Positions 1 to 10,605 are shown, counted from the stretch's first letter. The stretch: 64,000 nucleotides of DNA from an uncultured beta proteobacterium (GCA_963789945.1 CAWBMN010000008.1:20810-84809); one strand, 5' to 3'. Numbers and translations: made by a program. The notes: generated by a model from the sequence alone, not told the origin.

Positions 1-607
1 CGATGTCGGGCCGCCTCTTGCCGAGCATGTCCCTCGCCACGCGCCTGAATGAATGTCCGTAGGCGTAATCCTGGTTGATCATGTAAAGCTTCTTCACGGA
101 CTTCTGGGTCGTCAGGACACCCGTCAATGCATCGATTTTCATGTCCAGGTTGGCATCGAAGCGGAAGTGCCAGAAATTGCATTTCTCCTCGGTGAGCGGT
201 GTGTCGGTCGCGCCATTGTTCAGGTAGAGGATCTCGCGCCCGGGATTGCGCTGGTTGTACTTGACCACGGCGTCGCTCAATGCGTGTGCCACGTGCGAAC
301 CGACGCCCTGGGTGATCAGCCGGATGTTCTGGTCGATCGCCTGCTTGAGCACCACGAGGCTTTCCTGCGGGCTGGACTTGTTGTCGAACAACACCAGTTC
401 CAGCCTGGCACCGCCCAGCACACCACCACGCGAGTTGACATCATCCACCGCCATCTGGGTATGGCGACTTCCCATCTCGCCCTGTAGCGCAGCTGGACCG
501 CTGAACGGATCGATCACCGCGATCCTTATGGTTTCGGCGGCGGCCATTGATATGCCGGCCGACCCCCATGCCAGTACGACAGCCGCACGGCATATTTTCC
601 GGATCAT
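1..607 (-). CDS. Branched-chain amino acid ABC transporter substrate-binding protein (LivK-like), truncated by the window edge
   Basis: Manual translation: MIRKICRAAVVLAWG...ETIRIAVIDPFSGPAALQG...VNSRGGVLGG...DNKSSPQES...CNFWHFRFDAN...MINQDYAYG; signal peptide plus periplasmic binding protein motifs. Not in the ORF track because the stop lies outside the window. Confidence 0.85.
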   Translation of the reverse strand, partial: MIRKICRAAVVLAWGSAGISMAAAETIRIAVIDPFSGPAALQGEMGSRHTQMAVDDVNSRGGVLGGARLELVLFDNKSSPQESLVVLKQAIDQNIRLITQGVGSHVAHALSDAVVKYNQRNPGREILYLNNGATDTPLTEEKCNFWHFRFDANLDMKIDALTGVLTTQKSVKKLYMINQDYAYGHSFRRVARDMLGKRRPDI

Positions 608-649
608 CTTGAGCCCTCGATCTTGTTCATCTGGCGGCCACGACCCGGC

Positions 650-2035
650 TCAGTCCAGGAAACCCACCGAGCGCGGCAACCACAGCGCAATCTCCGGGAA
701 TACGATCACCAGGATCAACCCGATGACCTGCAGCGCCACGAAGGGGATGATGCCGCGATAGATATGCGCCATCGTCACCGAGCGCGGCACCGTTCCCTTC
801 ATGTAGAACAGCGTGAAACCGAACGGCGGGGTCAGGAACGAAGTCTGCAGGTTCACCGACATCATGATGATGAACCAGGTGAGGAATACGATCGGCGCGC
901 CATCGCCGATGTGCGGGCCGAATTCCAGCCCTTGCAGCACCGGCGCAAACACCGGCAGGACGATGAGGCAGATCTCGATCCAGTCGAAGAAGAAACCGAG
1001 CACGAACACCAGCACCATCAGGAAGGTCAGGATTTCCCAGCCCGTGTTCAGCCCCATTGCCGCGAGAATCTCTTTGACGATATCGTCTCCGCCGAGCGAG
1101 CGGAACACGAACGAGAACAGCGTCGCGCCGAAGAATATGAAGAAGACCATGGCGTTGGTCAGCGCCGAGTTTTCGATGACCTCCTTCATCGCCTTCATGT
1201 TGAGCCGCTTGTTGAACCATGCGAGCAGGATCGCCCCGAAAGCGCCCACGCCTGCCGCCTCGGTCGGCGTGGCCCAGCCGGCGAAAATCGAACCCAGCAC
1301 CAGCACGATCAGGAAAGTCGGCGGAAGAAAGCTCTTGCCGATCATTTTCCAGAATTCGGCCCGGGTCTTGGGGCCGATGTCGGCCGGCAATGGCGGCGCA
1401 ACCTCCGGTTTGTAGAAACTCAACGTGCCAATATAGAGGAGATAGAGAAACGACAGGATCAGGCCGGGAATCACCGCCGCGGCGAACAGCGTGCCCACCG
1501 ACACCGACAACAGGTCGCCCATAATCACCAACATGATCGACGGGGGAATGAGAATTCCGAGCGTGCCGGCGGAGGCGATGGTACCGACCGCAAGCTCCTT
1601 TTTGTAGCCGCGCTCGAGCATCGTTGGCAACGCGATGAGTGTCAGCATCACGACGGAGGCGCCGACGATGCCGGTGGTCGCGGCCATGATGGTGCCCATC
1701 AGCGTCACCGACATCGCCAGACCACCCGGGATGCGGCGCGTGAGGACTTGCAGGCAATGCAGGAGATCGTTCGCTACGCCGCTGCGCTCCAGCATGGTGC
1801 CCATGAAAATGAACATCGGCACCGCAACCAGCACCGGGTTGGAGGCCGCCGAGCCCCAGATCCGCGGCAAAAGATTGAAGAACTGCACCGGATGAAAGAC
1901 GTCGAGCAGTATCCCCAGCCCGCCGAAGAAAATCGCCATGCCGCCGAGAACGAAGGCGACCGGATAGCCGCAGAAAAGCGCGATCGCGATGGCCAGGAAG
2001 AGGAGAATCGCCAGATGATGGGTCAACCATTCCAT
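650..2035 (-). CDS. dctM: TRAP transporter large permease
   Basis: Highly hydrophobic; GTLGILIPPSI, ATPTEAAGVG and LQTSFLTPPFGF motifs; start taken at MEWLTHH. Confidence 0.93.
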   Translation of the reverse strand: MEWLTHHLAILLFLAIAIALFCGYPVAFVLGGMAIFFGGLGILLDVFHPVQFFNLLPRIWGSAASNPVLVAVPMFIFMGTMLERSGVANDLLHCLQVLTRRIPGGLAMSVTLMGTIMAATTGIVGASVVMLTLIALPTMLERGYKKELAVGTIASAGTLGILIPPSIMLVIMGDLLSVSVGTLFAAAVIPGLILSFLYLLYIGTLSFYKPEVAPPLPADIGPKTRAEFWKMIGKSFLPPTFLIVLVLGSIFAGWATPTEAAGVGAFGAILLAWFNKRLNMKAMKEVIENSALTNAMVFFIFFGATLFSFVFRSLGGDDIVKEILAAMGLNTGWEILTFLMVLVFVLGFFFDWIEICLIVLPVFAPVLQGLEFGPHIGDGAPIVFLTWFIIMMSVNLQTSFLTPPFGFTLFYMKGTVPRSVTMAHIYRGIIPFVALQVIGLILVIVFPEIALWLPRSVGFLD

Positions 2036-2045
2036 GGCCTGATCC

Positions 2046-2609
2046 TCAATGTTTCCTGGCGCCGGCAAAAGCGGCCGCTTCACGCAGGCGCTCCGGGCCA
2101 TACAAGTACACGATCACGCGCATGAACACCGAAACGACCGCCGCGAGCAGCAACACCAGCCCGATGAAGATGAATCCTTTCGGCACCCAGCGCCACGGCA
2201 GGCCGCTCGGGTTCTCGGAGAACTCGTTCTGTTGCAGGGCGATCCAGAAAAAGTCGAAGCTGAAGTAGATCGCGATCAGGCAGTACGGCAGAGCGAAAAT
2301 CAGGCAGCCGAGGAACTCGGCCCAGGCATGCGTAGCCGGCTTGGCGTTGGCAAAGGCGACGTCGATGCGGACGTGCGTGTTCTTGATGTACGCCGCCCCG
2401 AGCCAGAAGGAGAAGAGCGCGGTGTGCAGGTGCCACTCCAGTTCCTGGAGGCGCGTGGATCCCATTCCCGGCATCTGGAAACCGGCCTTGCGCGACAGCA
2501 CGTCCATCACGATCACCGCCGTGCAGACGACGAACAGCCAGCCTGCGGCCATCGCGATTCTCTCCAGGACGCGGTTTATCGCGTCGCTGGTCTTCAGCAG
2601 CCGGTCCAT
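2046..2609 (-). CDS. dctQ: TRAP transporter small permease
   Basis: Four hydrophobic segments; LQELEWHL and HVRID motifs; lies between dctP and dctM. Confidence 0.9.
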   Translation of the reverse strand: MDRLLKTSDAINRVLERIAMAAGWLFVVCTAVIVMDVLSRKAGFQMPGMGSTRLQELEWHLHTALFSFWLGAAYIKNTHVRIDVAFANAKPATHAWAEFLGCLIFALPYCLIAIYFSFDFFWIALQQNEFSENPSGLPWRWVPKGFIFIGLVLLLAAVVSVFMRVIVYLYGPERLREAAAFAGARKH

Positions 2610-2636
2610 TGTTCTTGTCTCTCCCGGACGCAGGAC

Positions 2637-2660
2637 GGCGGCCGGCAACGGCCGGCCGCC
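2637..2660 (-). terminator. GC-rich hairpin between dctP and dctQ (mRNA-stabilising or attenuating)
   Basis: Perfect 10-bp stem GGCGGCCGGC-AACG-GCCGGCCGCC; no U tract. Confidence 0.5.
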
Positions 2661-2675
2661 GCACTTCTCAGCGGA

Positions 2676-3734
2676 TTACTGGTTCAGGTAGCCGTACTCG
2701 CGCCAGAGCGAATAGTCGGCGCGGAACTTCGAGTAGGAATCCCAGGCCTTCTTGAAGTTGGGGCTTTTCGCGGATTCTTCCGCGGCGACTTCGAGCCACG
2801 CCTTCTCGTAAGCCTTCATGATTTCCGGCGACCAGCGCATGATTTTGACGCCGTTCTTGTCGCGCATTTCCTTCATCGCCTTCCACTGGATCGCCTCGCC
2901 CTCGGCAATGATGTCGCGAATGGTATCCCCGCAAGCCAGTTCGATGATCGCCTTGTGCTGATCGGATAGCGAGTCCCACTTCTTCTGGTTGATGAACAGG
3001 TCGAGGATCGAGGCCTGCTGGTGCCAGCCCGGGAAGTAGTAGTACTTGGCGACCTGGTAGAAACCGAGCTTCTGGTCCAGCGCCGGCATCGAGAATTCGG
3101 TTGCGTCTATGGTGCCGAGTTGAAGCGCCTGGAAGATGTCGCCGGGGGCGAGCAACTGGGTCGAGACGCCGAGTTTTTCCATGACCCGTCCGCCGAGTCC
3201 GAAGAAGCGCATCTTCAGACCCTTGAGATCGTTGACCGTCTTGATTTCCTTGCGGAACCAGCCGGAGGACTCGGGTGAATGGATGCCGCAGATGATCGCG
3301 TGAACGTCGTGCTTGGCGAACATCTCGTTTTGCAGCTCCTGTCCGCCGCCGTAGTACATCCACGCCAGATACTCAGGGATTCCAGGTCCGAACGGTACCG
3401 TGGTGAACAAATTGAATACGGCGTCCGTGCCGGAAAAGAAGCCAGGGGCGGACCATGCCGCGTCCACCGAACCGCGGGCGACCGCCTGGATGGCCTGGAG
3501 ACCCGGAACGAGTGCACCGGGCTCGTGGATCTTCATCTCGATCGTCCCGCCGGAAGCGCGCAGCACTCTCTTCGCCAGCCTGGGTGCCGCCTCCCCGACC
3601 AGCGTGAGCGAGGTGGGATAGGTGCTGGTGACGTCGATCTTGACCTTGCGCGCGGCATCCTGCGACAAGGTGGTGGCGGGAATGATGACCGCGGCACAAG
3701 CCGCGGCAACAGCAATGATGATTGGCCGCTTCAT
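2676..3734 (-). CDS. dctP: TRAP transporter substrate-binding protein (TakP-like)
   Basis: Signal peptide; GWFRKEIKTVNDLKGLKMR, GTIDATEF and YYFPGWHQ motifs. Confidence 0.92.
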   Translation of the reverse strand: MKRPIIIAVAAACAAVIIPATTLSQDAARKVKIDVTSTYPTSLTLVGEAAPRLAKRVLRASGGTIEMKIHEPGALVPGLQAIQAVARGSVDAAWSAPGFFSGTDAVFNLFTTVPFGPGIPEYLAWMYYGGGQELQNEMFAKHDVHAIICGIHSPESSGWFRKEIKTVNDLKGLKMRFFGLGGRVMEKLGVSTQLLAPGDIFQALQLGTIDATEFSMPALDQKLGFYQVAKYYYFPGWHQQASILDLFINQKKWDSLSDQHKAIIELACGDTIRDIIAEGEAIQWKAMKEMRDKNGVKIMRWSPEIMKAYEKAWLEVAAEESAKSPNFKKAWDSYSKFRADYSLWREYGYLNQ

Positions 3735-3910
3735 GTTTCTCCTCCGGGTTACCAGATTCTTCAGGTCACGGCGTTCGATGCGCCGTGTCGCCGCATTACA
3801 ACCTCATTGCCAGCAATTGTCCAGCGCACCAGGGAAACGAAAGAAAGCCTCCCTCAAGAACGATCCCGGCATTGCGCCTCCGTCCTGGTCGTCCCACATC
3901 ACCGTTACCG

Positions 3911-5065
3911 TCAGCGCAGCGGCCGGAAGAACTCGCGGATATCCTGGGCCAGCAGCTCCGGCTGTTCGAGCGCGGCGAAGTGCCCGCCCTTGGGCATCTT
4001 CGACCAGCGGCGGATGTCGCTATACATCTTCTCCGCCAGCGAGCGCGGCGGACGCAGGATTTCCTTGGGGAACTCGGCGTAGCCCATCGGCACCTGGATG
4101 CGCGCGCCATCGGGGATCGGCCAGGGGCCGTGCATGCGCGCGTAGTACGGCCAGAACGAAGAACCGATTGCGCCGGTCACCCAGTACAGCATTATGTTGG
4201 TGAGCATGGCGTCGCGGCCGATGTAGCCGTCGAGGTCGCCCTTGTGGTCGCTCCAGGTGTGGAACTTTTCAACGATCCACGCCGCCAGACCGACCGGCGA
4301 ATCCGTAAGCGCGTAGGCAAGCGTCTGTGGCTTGGTGCCCTGGATCCAGGTGTAACCCGTTTCTTCCTTCATCCAGTGCGCACGCTCCTCGAAGTAACGC
4401 TGTTCGTCATCGTCGGGGTTGTCCGGCATGGCCGTGTCGCGCCTCAGGCTCAGCAGATTGATGTGAATGCCCGCCAGATGCCGCGCGTAGGCGTAACCCA
4501 GACGCGAGGTGACGAACGCGCCCCAGTCGCCGCCCTGCGCGGCAAAGCGCTTGTAGCCAAGCACGCCGGTCATCAACTCAGCGAACACGTCGGCAATCTG
4601 TTCGACCGAGAAGCGTTGCTGGTTCGGCGAAAAGGAGAACGTGTACCCGGGGAGCGAGGGCGCGATAACGGTGAACGCGTCCGCGGCGTCGCCGCCGAAA
4701 CGCGCCGGATCGGTGAGCATCGGTATCAGCTTGTGGAATTCGTGCACCGATCCCGGCCAGCCATGCGAGATCAGCAGCGGCATCGGTTTCGCGCCTTTGC
4801 CTTCCTCGCGGATATAGTGCACGTCGATTCCGGCGAGCCCGACCTTGTACTGCTTGTAGCGATTGATCTCGGCTTCGTGCTTGCGCCAGTCGTAGCGGTC
4901 GCGCCAGTACTCCACGAGCGACTTGAGGTAAGGCAGATCCGTTCCGTATTTCCAGTGGTTGTCAGGCACTTCGTCCGGCCAGCGCACGCGCGCGAGACGC
5001 GACTTGAGATCGGCGAGCACGTCGTCGCCGACATGCAGCCGGAACGGGGTCGGGGTAGCGGTCAT
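3911..5065 (-). CDS. Epoxide hydrolase (microsomal type, EHN domain)
   Basis: HGWPGS, GGDWG nucleophile elbow, DSPVGLAAWIVEKF, GGHFAALEQP. Confidence 0.92.
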   Translation of the reverse strand: MTATPTPFRLHVGDDVLADLKSRLARVRWPDEVPDNHWKYGTDLPYLKSLVEYWRDRYDWRKHEAEINRYKQYKVGLAGIDVHYIREEGKGAKPMPLLISHGWPGSVHEFHKLIPMLTDPARFGGDAADAFTVIAPSLPGYTFSFSPNQQRFSVEQIADVFAELMTGVLGYKRFAAQGGDWGAFVTSRLGYAYARHLAGIHINLLSLRRDTAMPDNPDDDEQRYFEERAHWMKEETGYTWIQGTKPQTLAYALTDSPVGLAAWIVEKFHTWSDHKGDLDGYIGRDAMLTNIMLYWVTGAIGSSFWPYYARMHGPWPIPDGARIQVPMGYAEFPKEILRPPRSLAEKMYSDIRRWSKMPKGGHFAALEQPELLAQDIREFFRPLR

Positions 5066-5219
5066 GATTTCTCCGGGTCAGGAATCAGCAACGCATGTTG
5101 GCCGTCGCGGGAGCAGACGTCCAATATATTGCCGCAATTCATTTGATACGCGTTGCGAATTGCGGCGGCAAGCCAAAGGGCCGCCCGCGGATTACAGGTT
5201 GCCCGCCGGGGGACAGGAT

Positions 5220-5864
5220 TTACTGGTGATAAGTCTTCGAGGCCTGCTGATCGTCCAGAGCGTCGCAAATGGCTTTGTTGGCGTGGAAGCCCACGCGAGA
5301 CGGGCTACCGACCAGCGACAGGAAGGCCTTCTGGATGGCGTACGCCTCCAACTCGCGGTAGTACCAGCGCTCACAGGGTTTGGCGTCTCCGCGTTCGTGA
5401 TTGACCTCCTGCACGTAATGCACCAACTCGTGCAATAGCACGGAACGGTCGAACAGGTTGGTTTCCGGTTTGAGGCGCTCGTCCAGGAAAATCCCTTCGC
5501 CCGGCTGATACGTGGCCAGCACGCGGCACTGCGAGGTACAAGCCAACTCCTGCAACCTCTCCTGCGGAACGCGAAGGATCTCCGGCACGGCAGTGGGCCG
5601 CGGGTATTTGGACAACTCATCGATGGCGGACAGCAAGGACGGCACCAGTTCGGCTTCGGTGAGCGGACGGGTGTCGCCCAGAAACCTATCGAACGTTGTC
5701 CGACCTTCATCCACATAATTGCTGTACATGCCGGGGGACTCGACGCCGCTCTGCTTGGATTTCGCGCGTTTGTCGGCGGCAAGGGCGGGCCACGCAAGGC
5801 TGAACGCGACCAGGAGACCCAGCAACAGAGTCCTAGTCTGACAGCGCGAAGCAAAAGATCCCAT
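5220..5864 (-). CDS. Secreted HEXXH (zincin-like) protein, DUF6647-like
   Basis: Signal-like segment ending ALA; SVLLHELVHYVQ...ELEAYAIQ; AAGGAG RBS before MGSF. Confidence 0.65.
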   Translation of the reverse strand: MGSFASRCQTRTLLLGLLVAFSLAWPALAADKRAKSKQSGVESPGMYSNYVDEGRTTFDRFLGDTRPLTEAELVPSLLSAIDELSKYPRPTAVPEILRVPQERLQELACTSQCRVLATYQPGEGIFLDERLKPETNLFDRSVLLHELVHYVQEVNHERGDAKPCERWYYRELEAYAIQKAFLSLVGSPSRVGFHANKAICDALDDQQASKTYHQ

Positions 5865-5935
5865 GCCACTCCTTTCCCCGACCACAATATCACCGTTGGT
5901 GAGGTGCGGCATAGAAGAAACGTGAAACGCGTTCA

Positions 5936-6117
5936 ACACGAAGGACACGAAGGGAAAACAAAATCACACGAAGGAAAAACTGACTACCAGTCCGGCACGC
6001 AATACTTTGTCCATATTCACGGAAGGGATAGCGTATCACTTGACCCGCCTTGTTTTGTATTCGTCAGTGCAACTCCTTCGTGATCCTTTATTTCCGTTCC
6101 ATCGTGTTCCTTCGTGT
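5936..6117. repeat. Intergenic inverted-repeat element with ACACGAAGG tandem arms
   Basis: Left arm ACACGAAGGACACGAAGG...ACACGAAGG; right arm CCTTCGTG...ATCGTGTTCCTTCGTGT. Confidence 0.75.
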
Positions 6118-6134
6118 AAAAAAAGTTATGGAAG

Positions 6135-7007
6135 TCACGTGGACTTCTCACCAGGGCCGAGAGGTTTCAGTGGCTCTGGCTCCGGCGCAACTGGCCGGGT
6201 CAGCGCCTCGATGGCGGTCGCCCTGTCCTTCGCACGCGCAAGCTGTTCCGCATCGAGCCGCGCGCCGAGAGCCTCCAGATCGCGGCGGTTCCGCTTCGCC
6301 TCGTCGGCATCGCCGGGCAGAAAACGCAGGTCGGCGACGCTGTACCACGCATATGCTTCCACGGGATCGGCGCCCACGCCGCGCCCTTCCGCATACATCG
6401 CGCCGATGCTGTGCATTGACGAAGCGTCGCCCTTGTCCGCCGCCTTGCGGAACCAACCCATTGCCGCGGCGTAGTCGCGATCCACACCCTTGCCCGTTTC
6501 GTAGAGCACGCCGATGTTGTACGTTGCCATGCGATCGCCCTGCTCCGCGGCGCTCTGGTACCAGGTCATCGCCATGATCAGGTCCTGCTCGACGCCGAGA
6601 CCGTTCTCATAGAGATCGCCGACGTTGTTCATGGCCCAGGCGTTGCCGAGAAACGCCGCCTGGTGCCACCACTTGAACGCCTCCTTGTAGTCCTGTTCCA
6701 CGCCGTTGCCCTTGGCGTACAGCAGTCCGATGTTGTTCATCGCAACGGTATAGCCGCGCTTGGCCGCTTCCTTCCACCAGTTCATCGCCTCCACCCAGCT
6801 TTGCTTGCCGTTGTAGCCTTTGGCCCAGAGCAGGCCGACGTTGTTCATCGCGCGAACGTCGCCCTGGCGCAGAAGCTGCGCGAGGTTGGCCGGGTCGAGC
6901 ATTTCCTGTCCCGGCGTGAGATCGGTGAAGGTCTCTTCCTGTTCGACCGCCCATGCGGCACAGGACAGCGATAGAAAAGCAGCAAGCATCAGTGACCGGG
7001 GCTTCAT
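6135..7007 (-). CDS. Secreted Sel1-like repeat protein
   Basis: Signal peptide; repeated AMNNIGLLYAKGNGVEQDYKEAFKWW-type units. Confidence 0.92.
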   Translation of the reverse strand: MKPRSLMLAAFLSLSCAAWAVEQEETFTDLTPGQEMLDPANLAQLLRQGDVRAMNNVGLLWAKGYNGKQSWVEAMNWWKEAAKRGYTVAMNNIGLLYAKGNGVEQDYKEAFKWWHQAAFLGNAWAMNNVGDLYENGLGVEQDLIMAMTWYQSAAEQGDRMATYNIGVLYETGKGVDRDYAAAMGWFRKAADKGDASSMHSIGAMYAEGRGVGADPVEAYAWYSVADLRFLPGDADEAKRNRRDLEALGARLDAEQLARAKDRATAIEALTRPVAPEPEPLKPLGPGEKST

Positions 7008-7079
7008 GCACATCTCCTGCAATTCGGACCGGACGATCGCCCGGCCCAATGGGTAGACCGGTAGCTGCGCACCGGGTTC

Positions 7080-7946
7080 CTAGGAAACCTCCAAAAGGAA
7101 GGGCGTAAGGTCGCGCAGCAACTCGTCCGGCGCCTCTTCGGGTATGAAATGTCCGCACTTGACCGGGTGGCCTCGCACGCTGGCGGCTTTTTCCTTCCAG
7201 GTGGCGAGCACGTCGAACAGGGTGTGCATCTTGCCGTACTCGCCCCAGATCACCAGTACCGGGCAGGCGAGCTTTTTTCCCAGGTCGCGTTCGTCGTCGG
7301 CAATATCCACGGTCGCCGCCGCGCGATAGTCCTCGAGTCCCGCGCGGATCGTCCCGGGCAGCCTGAAGGCGCGCAGGTATTCCTGGAACATCGGTTCCTC
7401 GATGGCGTCCTGGCGAAAGCACAGCGCCCGGAACATGTGCCGCAGGAAGGGCTCGGCACTGTTGGCCATCATGATCTCGGGCAGATCCGGCACCTGGAAG
7501 AAAAACCAGTGCCAGTACGCGGCGGCGAGTTCCTTGCCGGTGTCCCGGAATACGGTGTGCGTGGGCACGATATCGAGCACAGTGAGGTTTCTCACCTGAT
7601 CCCGGTAATCCATCGCCAACCGGTGCGCCACCCGCGCGCCGCGGTCATGACCGACCACACTGTAGCTTTTGAATCCCAGCGCGGACATCACTTCGCTGAT
7701 GTCCTTAGCCATGCTGCGCTTGTCGTAACCGTCGCGCGGCTTGTCGGAGTCGCCGTACCCGCGCAAGTCCGGGCACACCACGGTGAACTTATCCAGCAGG
7801 CCAGGCATGACTTTGCGCCACATCTGTCCAGTCTGCGGATAGCCGTGCAGGAGCACCACCGGCGCACCCTTGCCGCCGACCCATGCGTTAATGCGCACGC
7901 CGTTCGCGCGAATGGTCTGCTGCTGCGTTCCGGGCATGAAGGACAT
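7080..7946 (-). CDS. Alpha/beta hydrolase, haloacetate dehalogenase/epoxide hydrolase-like
   Basis: LLHGYPQT, GHDRGARVAHR, YWHWFF, CGHFIPEE. Confidence 0.88.
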   Translation of the reverse strand: MSFMPGTQQQTIRANGVRINAWVGGKGAPVVLLHGYPQTGQMWRKVMPGLLDKFTVVCPDLRGYGDSDKPRDGYDKRSMAKDISEVMSALGFKSYSVVGHDRGARVAHRLAMDYRDQVRNLTVLDIVPTHTVFRDTGKELAAAYWHWFFFQVPDLPEIMMANSAEPFLRHMFRALCFRQDAIEEPMFQEYLRAFRLPGTIRAGLEDYRAAATVDIADDERDLGKKLACPVLVIWGEYGKMHTLFDVLATWKEKAASVRGHPVKCGHFIPEEAPDELLRDLTPFLLEVS

Positions 7947-7950
7947 ATGA

Positions 7951-8064
7951 GTGACTGGTGACTGGTGACTGGTGACTGGTGACTGGTGACTGGTGCGGTG
8001 ACTGGAAAGAAATGGTAGCGCTTTTTAGCCTTTACCAATTACTAATTACCGGTCACCAATTACT
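7951..8064. repeat. Heptamer (GTGACTG)n array with a degenerate inverted arm
   Basis: Six perfect tandem GTGACTG copies plus one more nearby, then a TTACCAA/TTACTAA/TCACCAA-type inverted arm at about 8032-8064. Confidence 0.85.
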
Positions 8065-8069
8065 GTGTT

Positions 8070-9266
8070 TCACTTCCCCAGATACTTGCGCAAGCGTTCA
8101 ACTCCCTCCTGCCAGGACGGGAATGGGTTTCGGATACGAGAATCGCACGTGCTGCTTCGCCCGATACTCGCCGAAGTCTATTCCCGGCGCGATCGCCACG
8201 CCGGCTTTCTCCAGCACGTCCCAGCAAAAATGATAGCTGTCGGACGTGAGCCGTTCGCAGTTCGCGTAAACGTAGAACGCGCCTTCCGGCATCACCGGGA
8301 TGTCGAACCCCAGGCGGCGCAGTTCCGGCACCAGGAAATCGCGCTGCGCGCGAAAGGCGTCGCGGCGTTGTTCCAGCAGCGCAATGGTATCGGGATGGAA
8401 AGCGGCGAGCGCGGCCTTCTGCGCGATTTCCGAGGAGGAGATGAACAGGTTCTGCGCCAGCTTGTCCACCGCCGGCATGAATGCCTCCGGCACCACCATC
8501 CACCCCAGGCGCCAGCCGGTCATGCCGAAGTACTTGGAGAAGCTGTTGATGATGAACAGGTCATCGCCGAACTCGAGCGCAGTGCGGTCGCGCTGGCCGT
8601 AGGTCAGGCCGTGGTAGATCTCGTCCACGATCAGCACCCCGCCGCGCGCGCGCACCACGGCGTGAATGCGCTCGAGCTCGTCGTGCGCGATCTGCGTGCC
8701 CGTCGGGTTCGAGGGCGAAGCGATCAGCACGGCCGCGGTTTCCGCCGTCCAGTGCTTCTCCACCATTCTTGGCGGTGAGCTGGTAGGCGGTCGAAGCCTC
8801 CACCGGGATGCCGACCGGATCGCCCTCCATCGTGCGTACGAAGTGCCGGTTGCACGGATAGCCGGGATCGGTCATCAGCACCCGGTCTCCGGGCGAAAGT
8901 ATCGCACCCATCGTCAGCAACAGCGCGCCCGAGGAGCCGGTGGTCACGGCGATCCGCGAGAGCGGCACTTCCACGCCGTAGCGCGTGCGGTACCACTTCG
9001 ATATCGCTTCTCGCAACTCGGTGATGCCCAGCGACTGGGTATAGGCGACCCGGCCGGCCTGGATGGCGCGGATGCCGGCCTCGGCGATCAACGGCGCGGG
9101 TGGGCGCATCCGGCTCGCCCACCACCATGTTCGAGACGGTCCGCCCCTGCGCCTCCAACTCCCTTGCCCGCGCGATGAGTGCCATCACGTGGAACGGCTC
9201 GATGCCGTCCATGCGCGAGGCGAGGTGGGGACTGGCGTTGCGGGCAAGCTTCTCGGGGCGATTCAT
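8070..9266 (-). pseudogene. PLP-dependent class I/II aminotransferase interrupted by about 3 frameshifts (possibly sequencing errors)
   Basis: Pieces in successive frames: IEPFHVM..VGEPD / YTQSLGITELREAI..DPGYPCNRHF / SPSNPTG..DEIY..SFSKYFGMTGWRLGW / EGVERLRKYLGK*. Confidence 0.85.
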
Positions 9267-9440
9267 CCGGTTCTCGGCTCGTTGCGGCGTCCGCGCCATG
9301 CGCGATTTCCGATTGGGCGGACCGATGATCCAATTCTATGCCCCCGTAGCCGCCCGCCGCAATGAAGCGGTTCAAAAAACGGCGCCGAACGTCTACCATG
9401 ACGATCCTTTCATCCCCTCTACTTGGACAGGAACCCGGTA

Positions 9441-10376
9441 ATGAAAATAGCGATCATCGGCAGCGGCGGAGTCGGCGGCTATTTCGGCGCCCGTCTGGCT
9501 GCCAGCGGACAGGATGTCACTTTCGTCGCCCGCGGCGCGCATCTCGAAGCCATGCAGAAAAAAGGGCTCAAGGTATTGAGCGCGCTCGGCGACCTGCATG
9601 TGCCCGAGGTGAAAGCCACCAAAGATACGACGATTATTGGTCCGGTTGATGTCGTCATGATCGCGGTAAAGCTTTGGGCCACCGAGGAAGCGGCGCAGTC
9701 CGCAAAGCCGTTGATCGGTCCGAACACCGTCGCGGTGTCTTTCCAGAACGGCGTGGTTGCCGTGGACACGCTGCTGCCGATCCTGGGTAAGGAACACGTC
9801 ATGGGTGGCGTGGCGAACATTGCCGCGCTCATCGAAGAGCCCGGTGTGATCCGCCACAACGGCAACATGGCCAACCTGTTCTTCGGTGAACTCGACGGCA
9901 AACCCTCCGCACGTTCGCAGGCGTTCCTCGTTGCCTGCAAGATAGCCAACATCCAGGCCGAGCTGGTCACCGACATCAACAGGACGATCTGGGAAAAATT
10001 CGTGCGCCTGGTTACGCTCTCGGCCATGACTTCGCTCACCCGCATGCCGATCGGCCCGATCCGCTCCGACCCGGACACGCGCGCGCTGATGCAGCAGGTG
10101 ATGGAAGAGGTGCTGGCGATCGGCAAAGCCCGAGGGGTGAAGTTCGATGACGTGCTCATCGCCGACCAGATGTCCAAGGTCGATGGCTATCCGGCAACCA
10201 TGGTGGCCTCGATGTGCGGCGACCTGCGCCGCGGCAACCGGCTGGAACTGCCGTGGCTGTCGGGAACCGTGGCCAGGCTCGGTGACGAACTCGGCATTCC
10301 GACGCCTGCCAATCATTTCGTGTACGCGGCGCTCAAGCTTTTCGCCAACGGCCGTCCCGCCGAAGCGCAGGTCTAA
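9441..10376 (+). CDS. panE: 2-dehydropantoate 2-reductase family protein
   Basis: IAIIGSGGVGGYFG, QNG, WEKF, SMxxDL..G..LE motifs. Confidence 0.88.
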   Translation: MKIAIIGSGGVGGYFGARLAASGQDVTFVARGAHLEAMQKKGLKVLSALGDLHVPEVKATKDTTIIGPVDVVMIAVKLWATEEAAQSAKPLIGPNTVAVSFQNGVVAVDTLLPILGKEHVMGGVANIAALIEEPGVIRHNGNMANLFFGELDGKPSARSQAFLVACKIANIQAELVTDINRTIWEKFVRLVTLSAMTSLTRMPIGPIRSDPDTRALMQQVMEEVLAIGKARGVKFDDVLIADQMSKVDGYPATMVASMCGDLRRGNRLELPWLSGTVARLGDELGIPTPANHFVYAALKLFANGRPAEAQV

Positions 10377-10382
10377 GATACG

Positions 10383-10590
10383 TACACCCAGAGACACAGA
10401 GGCACAGAGGACACAGAGGACACGGAGAAGGCAATGGATGAATAATTCATGTTCGTGAGCAATCGCGGCAAATATGCGGTCTGATCTGCAGCGCCACCGG
10501 ATAGATGTTCGGTGCCGCGTCCAATTAGTCGCGACTTTGTTTTTCTCTCGTGACCTCTGTGCTCTCTGTGCCTCTGCGTTGGGTTTTGTA
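10383..10590. repeat. Intergenic inverted-repeat element with CACAGAGG(A) tandem arms
   Basis: TACACCCAGAGACACAGAGGCACAGAGGACACAGAGGACACGGAG ... CCTCTGTGCTCTCTGTGCCTCTGCGTTGGG. Confidence 0.82.
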
Positions 10591-10605
10591 CTTCGGGAGA
10601 CAACA

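Noticed and set aside
7951-8005. Tandem repeats as a CRISPR array
   Set aside because: The units are 7-9 nt with no unique spacers, and there are no cas genes.
7688-8038. ORF with SHQSPVT repeats
   Set aside because: It is simply a translation of the GTGACTG heptamer array and overlaps a real hydrolase gene.
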